A stretch of 64,000 nucleotides of DNA from an uncultured candidate division Zixibacteria bacterium (lineage in GTDB: Bacteria > Zixibacteria > MSB-5A5 > GN15 > PGXB01), in assembly GCA_963702205.1 (NCBI GenBank), contig OY969724.1:1856001-1920000 (forward strand). Direction: 5' to 3'. The translations under genes were made by a program, and so were the position numbers. The stretch's first letter is position 1; the number at the start of each line of letters is the position of its first letter. The notes under the pieces are model-generated. The model ran no database searches and was not told the DNA's origin. It worked only from the letters and a program-made list of their open reading frames with translations. Below, in pieces: positions 37,514-47,674 of this stretch.

Positions 37514-39415
37514 ATGTCGAAAATGAAATCACAAAATCTGCTGGCGCGAGTTTCCACGCTGATGATTGTCCACGTTGTCTTCATTTTTGCCGCTCTGGCG
37601 CTGGTTCTGTTGTTCGGCAATGACAGCTGCCTTTTGACTCAGCATTTCAAAACGATGGACGACCGCCTTAACTCCACTTCCGGCGAAATATTAAGCGCCG
37701 TCGATCATGCCGATATTACCAGCCCCGATGATCCCCGGGTCGAAGCCCTGCTCGCCATATACCTGAAGAAATATGACAGCTTTGCGAATATCGAACTTAT
37801 CCCGCTGCACAAGAACGCCGGCTCGTTCCCACAGATGCCGGATGTGAAGACACCGAATCCGAATGATATGTCCTCAGAAAGGGCAGTTTCAAAAGCGGGA
37901 GGATCGAATAAAATTTTCGCCAGCCTGTCGGACGACAGGAATTTCATTACGTACTTTGTGTCACCGCAGTCTCCGGATGCACGATTCGCTTTGAGTGTTA
38001 CGGTCGGCAACGTGCTGTTGTCCAATACCAGCACCGATATAGCCTACGTGCTTGTCCTGCTCTTTCTGGTGTCCACGCTGATTTCGCTTTTAATGGTGAA
38101 TTTGATTCATAAAAATGTCCGCCGACCGCTCAAAGAACTGACTACCGGATTTCGCAAAACCGCCCGGGGTGAGGAATACGAAATCGAAACTCATTATGCC
38201 GAAAAAGACATGGCTTATCTTTGCGGCGCGTTCAATGATATGGTCGCAAGCCTGAGCGACAACCGTCAAAAGCTGGAAAACACCAACCGTCAACTGCGCC
38301 AGTCAAATCGCGCTCTGCGGGAGTCGGAATCCATCATGACGTCGCTTATCGATTATTCCCCCGACGCCATTATCGTGACCGATATGAACGACCGGGTGAC
38401 GATTTACAATCTGACGGCCGCGCAGGATTTCGGTTACGATCAAAACGACATGCTCGGCATGAGTATTGAAAACCTGATCAAACTTCCTGCGGATTGTCCC
38501 GATGCCGATAGTCCGACCGACGACAGGCAATGTCAGGAAGTGATCTGCCGCCAGCACAAGGGGCGTAATTTCCCGGCGCTGATGGTTCAAACTCAACTTA
38601 TACTGGGTGGCCACAAACCCGCCTCGAAACTCTATTTCCTCAAAAATATCTCCGAATCGAAGAACTATCAGGAGATGGTTATCAAGCTCGACCGAATCGC
38701 GTCGAAAGGCAAAATGGCCCGCGACATAGCGCACGAAATAAATAATTATCTCGCCATATTGCAGGGGAACCTGGAACTGCTGCCGATGCTTCTGGCCAAA
38801 AGCGATCAGGAAAAAGTAACGAAAAAGATCGATCTGATGCGCGACACGGTCGACAATATCACGAAATTCACCAAAGGTCTGAGCCGGTTCTCCGATGAAA
38901 ACAGCGATTTCAGCAAAGAAGACCTGAACCAGCTGGTCGAGAATCTGATTGCCTTCGTCAAGCCGCAAAACCGGTTCGATAATATAGAGTTTGAAACCAT
39001 TCTGGCCGACAATATCCCTCTGGCCGAGGTGGACGTCGGGCAGATCCAGCTGCTTCTGGTCAATTTGCTGTATAATGCCTCCGAGGCCATGAAAGACGGC
39101 GGCGACTTCCAGAAGGTCGTGATTGCCACGGTATACGATGAAGCTACGGGGAATTTTTCAATCAGCGTCACAGACAACGGCAAAGGTGTCGACCCTGAAA
39201 ACCGCGAAAGACTTTTCGTTAACCGGTTCAGCACCAAGCAGGGTGGTAACGGCCTCGGTCTGATCACCGCGAAAAACGTGGCTGACAATCATCACGGGCA
39301 ACTGACTTATGCTCCGGCCGAGCAGGGGTCAGTTTTTTCAGTTTCAATTCCTTGCCGCCGGGCCGACTCCGAGGAACCCGAAGCGACAAGCCAACCCGCC
39401 GCTGCGGCCGGGTAA
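37514..39415 (+). CDS. Sensor histidine kinase (2 TM, HAMP, PAS, HisKA, HATPase)
   Basis: AHEINNYL, NLLYNA, DNGKG, FSTK, GLGL. Confidence 0.92.
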   Translation: MSKMKSQNLLARVSTLMIVHVVFIFAALALVLLFGNDSCLLTQHFKTMDDRLNSTSGEILSAVDHADITSPDDPRVEALLAIYLKKYDSFANIELIPLHKNAGSFPQMPDVKTPNPNDMSSERAVSKAGGSNKIFASLSDDRNFITYFVSPQSPDARFALSVTVGNVLLSNTSTDIAYVLVLLFLVSTLISLLMVNLIHKNVRRPLKELTTGFRKTARGEEYEIETHYAEKDMAYLCGAFNDMVASLSDNRQKLENTNRQLRQSNRALRESESIMTSLIDYSPDAIIVTDMNDRVTIYNLTAAQDFGYDQNDMLGMSIENLIKLPADCPDADSPTDDRQCQEVICRQHKGRNFPALMVQTQLILGGHKPASKLYFLKNISESKNYQEMVIKLDRIASKGKMARDIAHEINNYLAILQGNLELLPMLLAKSDQEKVTKKIDLMRDTVDNITKFTKGLSRFSDENSDFSKEDLNQLVENLIAFVKPQNRFDNIEFETILADNIPLAEVDVGQIQLLLVNLLYNASEAMKDGGDFQKVVIATVYDEATGNFSISVTDNGKGVDPENRERLFVNRFSTKQGGNGLGLITAKNVADNHHGQLTYAPAEQGSVFSVSIPCRRADSEEPEATSQPAAAAG

Positions 39416-39466
39416 CCTGCCGTTATTATTATTGACCGGTCCCTCAAAAAATCCTAATATCTCTTC

Positions 39467-41504
39467 ATGGCCGCAAATTCCGACAAGCAAAATCCGCCCG
39501 GAATAAGTCTGAAAATCGCCTTACCGGTGATAATCACTACCGGCATATTGCTGTTCGTTTTCACGTACCTCGGCATTCAGAAGAGTCGTCAGGACAGCCT
39601 GGAACTGTTGAAACGACAGGGCTCGGCGCTGACCGAAGCGCTGGCTCTTTCGGCGGACAATGCCATCAAGGCCAATTCGTTTTTCGATCTTTTGGTCCGG
39701 GAGAAATTCAGCGACATGACGTCGTTTCTGGCGTCCCGGCCCGATTTCGATTATTCCGGTGAGGAACTCGACGATTTTTCATCCAGTTACGGGGTCGATG
39801 CCATTTTCGTGTTCGATACGTCCCTGGACGTCACGACGTACGGAACTCGCGGGGTATTCATCAATCCCGACAAAGTCCTCGACGACTCTTTCGGCGATTT
39901 GGAAAAATTCAAAGCCGATTCGGTCGAGTTTAACAATCTGGAAACGATTTACGGTGACCTTCCCGGCCAGGTTACGATGTACTATTTCGAGAAAATCAAT
40001 AATAGTAAGTACATCATTATGATCGTGGCCGACGCCTTGTTTTACACGGAATCGAAAAAATCGATCGGCATCGGTTATCTCGTGCAAAATATCGGCCGCG
40101 AAATAGGCATAGAGTACATTTTTTACCAGACCCCGGACGGGATCGTATTTTCTTCACGTAAGCTCGAACCGGTTCTCAAGATCGAAAAAGATCCGTTCTT
40201 GCAGGAGGCATTAAAATCCGATACCGCTTTGACCCGCCAGATTACCGTCGGCGACAGGGAAGTGCTGGAACTGGCGCGGGCGTTTCACAGCGATGAGTAC
40301 GGCGACGGGGTTTTTCGCCTGGGCCTGTCGCTCGAAAAAGTACAATACGATTATCGCCGGGTTCGATCGTCAGATGATCGCCCTGAGCGCGGTTATTTTC
40401 GCCGTCATCGTATTGTTCATATTATACTGGCAGGGCAAGCAGAAGCGTCTGCTGCTGAATCGATCGATGCAGCGAATTCAATCTTTGACGGAGATGGTTT
40501 TCGAGAGCGTCACCTCGGCTTTGGTCGTAATTAAAAAGGATTTAAGCGTTGAAATGGCCAACCGGGCGTTCTATGAGTTATTTGGCGTCACTGCGGAAGA
40601 ATTTCTCGGTGAACAGTGGCCCGAACAGCCGTTTGCGGATGTCATCCCGTTTGAAAGCTGCCTTTCGGGGAAATTAACCGCCGATGAATTCGAGACGGAA
40701 TATCAAAGCCCGCTCGGTCCGCGCAACCTGCTGATCAACGTCGCCCCGCTTTATAATTACCGCAGAGAAATCTCCGGCGCGGTGGCGGTTATTTATGATT
40801 ACACGGAAATTAAAGAGCTCGAAGAAACCGGTCGCCGCAAGCAAAGGCTTTCCGAAATGGGCGACCTCGCCGCGGGCGTGGCCCACGAAATTCGCAATCC
40901 GCTCAACGCCATATCCATCGCCGCCCAGAGACTGCTGGCCGAATTCGTACCGACCGAAAACAACGCCGAATTCGAGACGTTTACCAGACAGATCAAGTCC
41001 GAAGCCGACCGCCTGAATGCCATCGTGACGCGATTCCTGTCACTGGCCAAAGGCGATAAAAGGCCGGGGGATAATTTCGAGATGGGATCGGTAATCGAAG
41101 ATACCATCGGATTTCTGCGCCCGGAACTGGAAAAAAAGAAAATCGAAATCAGGACCGATATGAAATCGGGGATAAGACTGGATGGGTCCACGGACCATTT
41201 TAAGCAGGCCATCATAAATCTCGTCAAAAACGCCGCCGAAGCCTGCCCGATGGAGGGGGGATTGATCGAAATTTATCTGAAATCATTCGAAAGTACGGTG
41301 CAGCTGATTATTCGCGACAACGGTTCGGGCATTTCCGAAGAAGCCCGGCACAAGATTTTCAATCCGTACTATTCGACCAAAAAAGACGGCACCGGGCTGG
41401 GACTGTCGATAGTACATCAGGTGATCGAAGAATTCAAAGGGGAGATTCGGGTCGTGGCACCCACGGACGGCGGCACCGAATTCGTCATACAATTGCCCAA
41501 ATAA
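39467..41504 (+). CDS. NtrB-like PAS sensor histidine kinase, split by an apparent +1 frameshift at 40335-40339
   Basis: The periplasmic half ends RLGLSLEK and continues YNTII-TM2-PAS-AHEIRNPL-NLVKNA-DNGSG-GTGLGL in the +1 frame. Confidence 0.88.
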
Positions 41505-41533
41505 AAAACGGCCCGCTCAAACGGGCCGTCTTT
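41503..41533. terminator. Intrinsic terminator between convergent genes
   Basis: AAAAAACGGCCCG-CTCAAA-CGGGCCGTCTTT. Confidence 0.75.
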
Positions 41534-41552
41534 ATATATATCAGCGTCAGGA

Positions 41553-42827
41553 TTACTTGACGTTCTGCTTCACCCATTCGGTCGAAACCGATTTCGGACG
41601 GGTGATCGGCGTCCCCATCGCACGATTGAGAATCAACTGAGACAGCATACCCATCGCACGCGAAACACTGAAGAGAACCGTGTAGTACGGGAATTCCTTC
41701 ATGCCGAAATGATACAGCAATGAGCCGGAACCGGCGTCGACGTTTGGCCACGGGTTCTTGGCTTTGCCGTGTTTCTCCAGGACTTTCGGAACCACGTCGT
41801 AAACGCGGGCGACCGTCTGGAAAACCTCGCTGTCGGGAAGGTATTCCTTGCCGAAAGCCAGAAAGGCGCTGAAGCGCGGATCGGTGACACGCAGGACGGC
41901 ATGACCGTAACCCGGAATGACCTTGCCGGAATTAAGCGTATCCCAGGCGTGTTTTTCGATTTGTTCTTCGGTGGGCGCACCTTTGAATTGCTTGATGACG
42001 TCCAGCACCCAGCCGAGGCATTCCTGATTGGCGAGACCGTGCAGAGGACCGGCCAGACCGTTCAAACCGGCCGAGACCGAATAGTACGCATCGGACAGGG
42101 CCGAACCGACGGTGTGGCAGGTGTTGGCACTGACATTGCCGCCTTCATGGTCGCAGTGCAGGGTCAGGTAGAGACGAATCAGTTTCGTGAAGACGCCGGT
42201 CTTGTCGGCGATACCCAGCATGCGGGCGTAGTTGGCGCCCCAGTCGAGGTCTTTCTTGTACGGAATCAGTTTGCCCTTTTTGAAACGAATGCGATATACA
42301 CCGGCGGCAATACCGGGCAGGCGGGCCAGAAGAGTCAGAGCATCTTCGAGGGTCGGCTTCCAGTAATCGGTTTTCGGCATGCCCTTGTCGTACGCTTTCT
42401 TGAATTCCGATTCTTTCTGCATGACGAGGATACCGGTGTTGAGCATAGCCATCGGGTGCGAGTCTTTCGGCATGGCATTAAGTACATCCCAGACGTAATT
42501 GGGGACGCGGGAACGCTCGGCCAGTACCTTCTGAAGAGCCGTCGTGTCGGCTTTGGAGGGAAGCTCACCGGTGCAGAGCAGATAGAAAATCTCTTCGGGC
42601 AATTTTTCACGAAGGTCCATGATCGGGATACCGCGGATAATCAAACCCTTTTCGGGGTACACAACCGATGTATCGCAGATCATCGCCTTGACCCCGCGCA
42701 TACCTCCGTACGCCTGAGCCACGGTAACGTCGGAAATCTTCTTGTCTCCAACTGCGACCGCCAGCTTTTTCAGGTCATCACGAAGGCCGGGAATCATTTT
42801 GTTGAGTTTGTTTTGTAACGTGGCCAT
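41553..42827 (-). CDS. gltA: Citrate (Si)-synthase, eukaryote-like type
   Basis: YGGMRG, DHEGGNVSA, GPLHGLANQE, PGYGHAVLR, NPWPNVDA, RPKS. Confidence 0.95.
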   Translation of the reverse strand: MATLQNKLNKMIPGLRDDLKKLAVAVGDKKISDVTVAQAYGGMRGVKAMICDTSVVYPEKGLIIRGIPIMDLREKLPEEIFYLLCTGELPSKADTTALQKVLAERSRVPNYVWDVLNAMPKDSHPMAMLNTGILVMQKESEFKKAYDKGMPKTDYWKPTLEDALTLLARLPGIAAGVYRIRFKKGKLIPYKKDLDWGANYARMLGIADKTGVFTKLIRLYLTLHCDHEGGNVSANTCHTVGSALSDAYYSVSAGLNGLAGPLHGLANQECLGWVLDVIKQFKGAPTEEQIEKHAWDTLNSGKVIPGYGHAVLRVTDPRFSAFLAFGKEYLPDSEVFQTVARVYDVVPKVLEKHGKAKNPWPNVDAGSGSLLYHFGMKEFPYYTVLFSVSRAMGMLSQLILNRAMGTPITRPKSVSTEWVKQNVK

Positions 42828-43030
42828 TTATATTCTCCTACAGATTAATGTGTGTATGATTTTACGCTAATCTGAACTTTCCGGTCCTTTTATTTAGGTT
42901 TTAAATCGATGCATATATAAACGATGATCGTGATTTTGTCAAGAAAGGCGGGGGCATATTTAGTGATTTTCTTCACAAATTGCGAGATTTTTTTGATTTT
43001 GGGGAGCGCTATTGAAGAGCTTGACTTTTA

Positions 43031-44398
43031 TTATATTAGCCGGAAAATTTTGCCGGGATTGAACAGATCAACAGGATCAAATGTGTCCTTTATTCTTCTC
43101 ATGTGGTCGATGGTCGGGGGCGAGAATTCCAAATCGAGGAAATCCCTTTTTGTCAGCCCGATACCGTGCTCGCCGGTCAATGTTCCGCCCAATTCCAAAG
43201 TCTTCCTGAACAGCCTCGCGATGGCGTTCTGCAGGACTTCCGGCTCGATCGACTGGCCTTCCGAGACAAGAAAATTGACATGCAGGTTGCCGTCACCGGC
43301 GTGGCCATAGGAGTTCACCCGGATTGCAAGTTCTTTGTTTAGCTGCGCCACAAAGTCGACCAGTTCGGGAAGCCGCGAGGGCGGCACGCAGACGTCCTCG
43401 GCGATCTTTTCTTTGGTCGAGGCCTTAACCGCTTTGGACATATTTCTCCGGATTTTCCAAAGTGCTTCGATTTTGATCGTGTCAGTTTCTCGTTCCAGGA
43501 GAGTTGCCTTATGGCTCCGGCAAATGTCGAAAATTCGTTCGGCTTTTTTCTCCGAATTTTGGCCGTCGGTTTCAAAGAGCAGCATCGCCTCGGCTCGGCC
43601 AATTTCGATAGCCGGTTCATAGGCGACGGAGCAGGCGATGGCGTCGCCGTCGAGAAATTCCATAACCGCCGGGACAATCCCGCGCGCGGTGACTTCTGAC
43701 ACTGTTTTGGCGGCGTCCTCGGTCGAGCCGAAGGCAGACAATATAGCCGTGCCCGGTTCGGGCAGGTCTATCAGTCGCACGGCGATCTCGGTGATTGCGG
43801 CCAGCAGGCCTTCTGAACCGAGCAGAACACCGGTCAGATTGAACAGGTCGCCGTCGGAATAGACGCCCGTTTGTAGAAGCTCCCCGCCGCTTGTGACCGC
43901 CTTGAGGCCAATAATATAGTCTTTGGTGACGCCGTATTTGATGCAGTGCAGGCCGCCGGCGTTTTCGGCGACGTTCCCGCCGAGGGTCGACTCATCGTAG
44001 CTGGCCGGGTCGGGAGGATAATAAAGCCCCGAGGCTTCGGCCATCTTCATAAGGTCGATCGTAATGACTCCCGGACCGCAAAAGGCCATTTTGCGATCGG
44101 GAAACATGTCAATATTATCCAACTTTTCCAGAGCCAGCACCAGCCCGCCACCCGTCGGTACCGAACCGCCCGTATATCCGGTCCCGGCGCCTCGGAAAAA
44201 TATCGGGATGTTGTCTTCGCGGCAGATATTGACCGCATCGATCACGTCAGATTCAGATTCAGCGAATAGAATCGCGCCCGGTTCGGCGGTCAACTCTGAG
44301 GCGTCTTTGTGATATTCTGGAAAATCCGCCACATTGAATTTAAGGCGGTCCTGAAATTTTTTTTCGAGTCGCGTGAAGCGCTCTTTTTCAATAGTCAT
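43031..44398 (-). CDS. FAD-linked oxidase, GlcD-like
   Basis: RGAGTG, PPDPAS, GGNVAENAGG, GHAGDGNLH, GEHGIG, NPGK. Confidence 0.9.
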   Translation of the reverse strand: MTIEKERFTRLEKKFQDRLKFNVADFPEYHKDASELTAEPGAILFAESESDVIDAVNICREDNIPIFFRGAGTGYTGGSVPTGGGLVLALEKLDNIDMFPDRKMAFCGPGVITIDLMKMAEASGLYYPPDPASYDESTLGGNVAENAGGLHCIKYGVTKDYIIGLKAVTSGGELLQTGVYSDGDLFNLTGVLLGSEGLLAAITEIAVRLIDLPEPGTAILSAFGSTEDAAKTVSEVTARGIVPAVMEFLDGDAIACSVAYEPAIEIGRAEAMLLFETDGQNSEKKAERIFDICRSHKATLLERETDTIKIEALWKIRRNMSKAVKASTKEKIAEDVCVPPSRLPELVDFVAQLNKELAIRVNSYGHAGDGNLHVNFLVSEGQSIEPEVLQNAIARLFRKTLELGGTLTGEHGIGLTKRDFLDLEFSPPTIDHMRRIKDTFDPVDLFNPGKIFRLI

Positions 44399-44422
44399 AG
44401 TACAAAGACTACGAAATATATA

Positions 44423-44704
44423 TCACGATTTCGAGTCGGATGGTTTCTTCGTCCCGGATTTTTCCGATTTCGCCGGGCTGCTTTTGGCCGAATCCGCCTC
44501 CGCGGCCTTTTTGTATGATTGAGAGCGGTAGTCGGTCGTATAAAAGCCCGAACCTTTGAACAACACACCGGCGCCACCGGTTATCAGCCGACGAACCTTC
44601 TTTTCGCCGCATTTGGGACAGGCGTCGATCGGATCGTCCGTCATCTGTTGAAATTCCTCGAATTCATGGCCGCAGACATCGCATATATACTGGTAAGTCG
44701 GCAT
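44423..44704 (-). CDS. FmdB family zinc-ribbon protein
   Basis: MPTYQYICDVCG...CPKCG...FKGSGFYTTDY. Confidence 0.92.
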   Translation of the reverse strand: MPTYQYICDVCGHEFEEFQQMTDDPIDACPKCGEKKVRRLITGGAGVLFKGSGFYTTDYRSQSYKKAAEADSAKSSPAKSEKSGTKKPSDSKS

Positions 44705-44792
44705 TTCGAGCCATCCTCATATTTTAATGCCGCCCGTCATACAGGCGGCATTTTAATTACCTGAACAAAATCGAACGGTAAAGGTTCGGCAG

Positions 44793-46457
44793 CTAAACCT
44801 TAAAATCCTGCTTCACCGGACCGGCCTGAGTGATTTCCTCGGGGGTTCCTTCCGAGAATTTCTTGAAATTCTCGATGAACAGCGCGGCCAGCTGCAGGTA
44901 TTTATTCTTGTAAGCGGCGCGGTCGCCCCAGGTGTCGGCCGGGTTGAGTACCTTTTCCGGAACGCCGTCGCAGAACCTGGGCACCTCGAAACCGAACACA
45001 GGATCTCTGCGGAATTCGACTTCCAGCAGCTTGCCGTCGAGCGCCGCGTTCAGAAGTGTCCGCGTATGATGGATACTCATCCGTTTCCCGACCCCGTACT
45101 GTCCGCCCGACCATCCGGTATTGACCAGCCAGCAGTTGACACCGTGCTTCATGATTTTGTTGCGCAGAAGCTCGGCATAATAGTATGGATGATGCACCAT
45201 GAACGGCGCACCGAAACAGGCGCTGAACGTTATCTCCGGTTCCTTACCAAGATCGATTTCGGTGCCGCTGACTTTCGACGTATATCCAGAAATGAAATGA
45301 TACATGGCCTGTTCCGGGGTCAGCCTGGCGATCGGAGGCATGACGCCCGAGGCGTCGCAGGTCAGCATGATGATGTTTTTGGGATGCCCGGCTGTTTTGG
45401 GCTTGTAAAGGTTGTCTATGAAACGCAGGGGATAGGCCGCCCGAGTATTTTCGGTCAGGGATTCATCGTCGAGGTCCAGTTTACGTGTTATGGGATCATA
45501 AATCACGTTTTCCAGAATCGTGCCGTACTTACGGGTGCAGGCGTAAATCTGCGGTTCTGCAGAGGGGGAGAGGGCGATCACTTTGGCATAACAGCCGCCT
45601 TCGAAGTTGAAAATTCCTTCGTCGCTCCAGCCGTGTTCGTCGTCGCCGATCAACTGCCGCGCCGGATCGGCCGAAAGGGTCGTCTTACCGGTTCCGGACA
45701 GACCGAAGAAGAGGGCGGTGTCGCCTTCTTTGCCGACGTTGGCCGAACAGTGCATCGAGAGAACGCCGTCGCGGGGCAGCAAGTAATTCAAAACCGTGAA
45801 GATAGACTTCTTTATTTCGCCGCCGTATTCGGACTGACCGATAATGCAAAGCTTGCGGGCGAAATTGAGCAGGATAAACGTCGTCGAGCGGGTTCCGTCG
45901 ATTTCAGGAGTCGCCCGGAAACCGGGCACGGCGATAACCGTGAATTCCGGCACGAACTTGCGCAGTTCATCGTGAGTTTCGGCCGTGATGAACATGTTGC
46001 GCGCGAAATGCGAGTGCCAGGCCAGCTCGGTGATAATTCTCACCGGCAGGCGATAGTTGGGGTCGGCTCCGGCATAGCAGTCCTGCACGAACAGGTCGCG
46101 CTGCTGCAGGTATCCCTGGACGCGGTGGAAGACTTCGTCGAATTTGTCCTGATTGAAAGGACGGTTGTACTGTCCCCACCAGATATGTTCTTCGGTTTCC
46201 GGCTCGCGGACGATGAATTTGTCATTGGCGGCGCGGGCGGTCCATTCTCCGGTTTCGACCACGAACGGGCCGTCGTACGACAGATGTCCCTCACCACGGA
46301 AAATCGCCTCTTCGTACAGCGCCTCGGTGGTAAGGTTCCAATAAACGTTGTGCAGGTTCCGCAAACCCAAATGGCTCAGGCTGAATTCGCTTTTGACGAC
46401 CTGCGCCTGCTTCTGGGCCGGAGTCTTGATATCTATGACGTAAGTTGTCGACTTCAT
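44793..46457 (-). CDS. pckA: Phosphoenolpyruvate carboxykinase (ATP)
   Basis: GEIKK, MHCSAN, GLSGTGKTT, IGDDEHGW, NFEGGCYAK. Confidence 0.97.
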   Translation of the reverse strand: MKSTTYVIDIKTPAQKQAQVVKSEFSLSHLGLRNLHNVYWNLTTEALYEEAIFRGEGHLSYDGPFVVETGEWTARAANDKFIVREPETEEHIWWGQYNRPFNQDKFDEVFHRVQGYLQQRDLFVQDCYAGADPNYRLPVRIITELAWHSHFARNMFITAETHDELRKFVPEFTVIAVPGFRATPEIDGTRSTTFILLNFARKLCIIGQSEYGGEIKKSIFTVLNYLLPRDGVLSMHCSANVGKEGDTALFFGLSGTGKTTLSADPARQLIGDDEHGWSDEGIFNFEGGCYAKVIALSPSAEPQIYACTRKYGTILENVIYDPITRKLDLDDESLTENTRAAYPLRFIDNLYKPKTAGHPKNIIMLTCDASGVMPPIARLTPEQAMYHFISGYTSKVSGTEIDLGKEPEITFSACFGAPFMVHHPYYYAELLRNKIMKHGVNCWLVNTGWSGGQYGVGKRMSIHHTRTLLNAALDGKLLEVEFRRDPVFGFEVPRFCDGVPEKVLNPADTWGDRAAYKNKYLQLAALFIENFKKFSEGTPEEITQAGPVKQDFKV

Positions 46458-47671
46458 TTCCAGTCCCTCCGCAATTTACGGTCGCCGATGTAGATTTCGT
46501 TGGGTGATTCGGGATCGAGGGCCCACTTGATACGAGCCACGCCTTCCGTGATTTCCTTGATCGAGCCGCAGTAACTCAAACGCAGATGTCCTTCCATGCC
46601 GAATTCACCACCCGGCACCGTTACCACGAGCGCTTTTTCCAGCAGGAATTTCGACAAGGCCACCGAGTTCTTGTTGTATGCCCGAAAATCAGGGAGGCAG
46701 TAGAACGTGCCGTCGGGTTTGATCGTCTTTACGCCGGTGAAGGCGTTCAGTTCGTTGAGCATGACGTCGCGGTTGTTCTGCAGGGTCATCCGCATCGATT
46801 CGACACTGCTCTGGACGCCCATCAGGGCCCCCGCTGCTGCGGCCTGCACTATGACCGACGTGCACGATGAGTTCTGGGCCTGGATGTTGATCATCGCCGC
46901 CGTTATCTTTTTGTTGGCGATGACCCAGCCGACCCGGAAGCCGGTCATGGCGTAGACTTTTGAAACGCCGTTGATCACGACAATGTGTGAGGACTCGGAG
47001 TCGTCTTTGGCGAATTGGTACACCGACGGTGCTTTCTTGCCATCGAAAACCAGTTTGTGATAAATGTCGTCCATTATCAGGTAAATGCCCTTTTTCTCGC
47101 AGAACTCGACCAGTTGGGCGATAAAGTCGGCCGAATAGACAGCACCCGAGGGGTTGTTGGGGCTGTTGACGATAATGGCTTTGGTGTACGACCCGACCTT
47201 CTCGGTGATATCTTCAAGACGCGGCTGGAACCGGCCGTCTTCGGGTGTGACAATAACCGGGATGCCGTAGACCATCTTCACAATTTCAGGATAGCTGACC
47301 CAGTACGGGGCGAGAATAATGACTTCGTCCTGCGGGTTGATGATCGCCATCATGAGGTTGTATAGCGAATGTTTGGCACCGTTCGAGACGATAACGTTTT
47401 CCGGCCCGACGATTTTGTTGTAGTTTTCTTCGGTATAACGGATGATGGCTTTTATCAAAGTCGGGATGCCTTCGGTCGGAGTATAGCGTATGTCGGCCGT
47501 AGTCAGCTTGGCCGACGCTCCGAGCACGGCTTCGATGGGAACCTTGTCTTTGGGTTCCCCGGCGCCGAGGTGGATGACCTTTTCGCCCTTCTCCCTCAAA
47601 AGTCGGGCTTTTTCGTTCATTACCAGAGTCGGTGACTCTTTTATTTCACGGGCAAGTTGACTTATGCTCAT
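46454..47671 (-). CDS. PLP-dependent class I/II aminotransferase (aspartate aminotransferase-like)
   Basis: GEP, NSPNNPSG, DDIY, SKVYAMTGFRVG. ATGA overlap with pckA. Confidence 0.92.
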   Translation of the reverse strand: MSISQLAREIKESPTLVMNEKARLLREKGEKVIHLGAGEPKDKVPIEAVLGASAKLTTADIRYTPTEGIPTLIKAIIRYTEENYNKIVGPENVIVSNGAKHSLYNLMMAIINPQDEVIILAPYWVSYPEIVKMVYGIPVIVTPEDGRFQPRLEDITEKVGSYTKAIIVNSPNNPSGAVYSADFIAQLVEFCEKKGIYLIMDDIYHKLVFDGKKAPSVYQFAKDDSESSHIVVINGVSKVYAMTGFRVGWVIANKKITAAMINIQAQNSSCTSVIVQAAAAGALMGVQSSVESMRMTLQNNRDVMLNELNAFTGVKTIKPDGTFYCLPDFRAYNKNSVALSKFLLEKALVVTVPGGEFGMEGHLRLSYCGSIKEITEGVARIKWALDPESPNEIYIGDRKLRRDWK

Positions 47672-47674
47672 GTT

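Noticed and set aside
18450..41504. Calling the four split genes pseudogenes or programmed frameshifts
   Set aside because: Each has a single +1 lesion and otherwise intact motifs, with no slippery heptamer or stimulatory signal. The shared GTAC context points to base-calling error.
41769..42818. 349-aa ORF antisense to citrate synthase
   Set aside because: Antisense shadow.
45066..46493. 475-aa ORF antisense to pckA
   Set aside because: Antisense shadow with no protein-like motifs.
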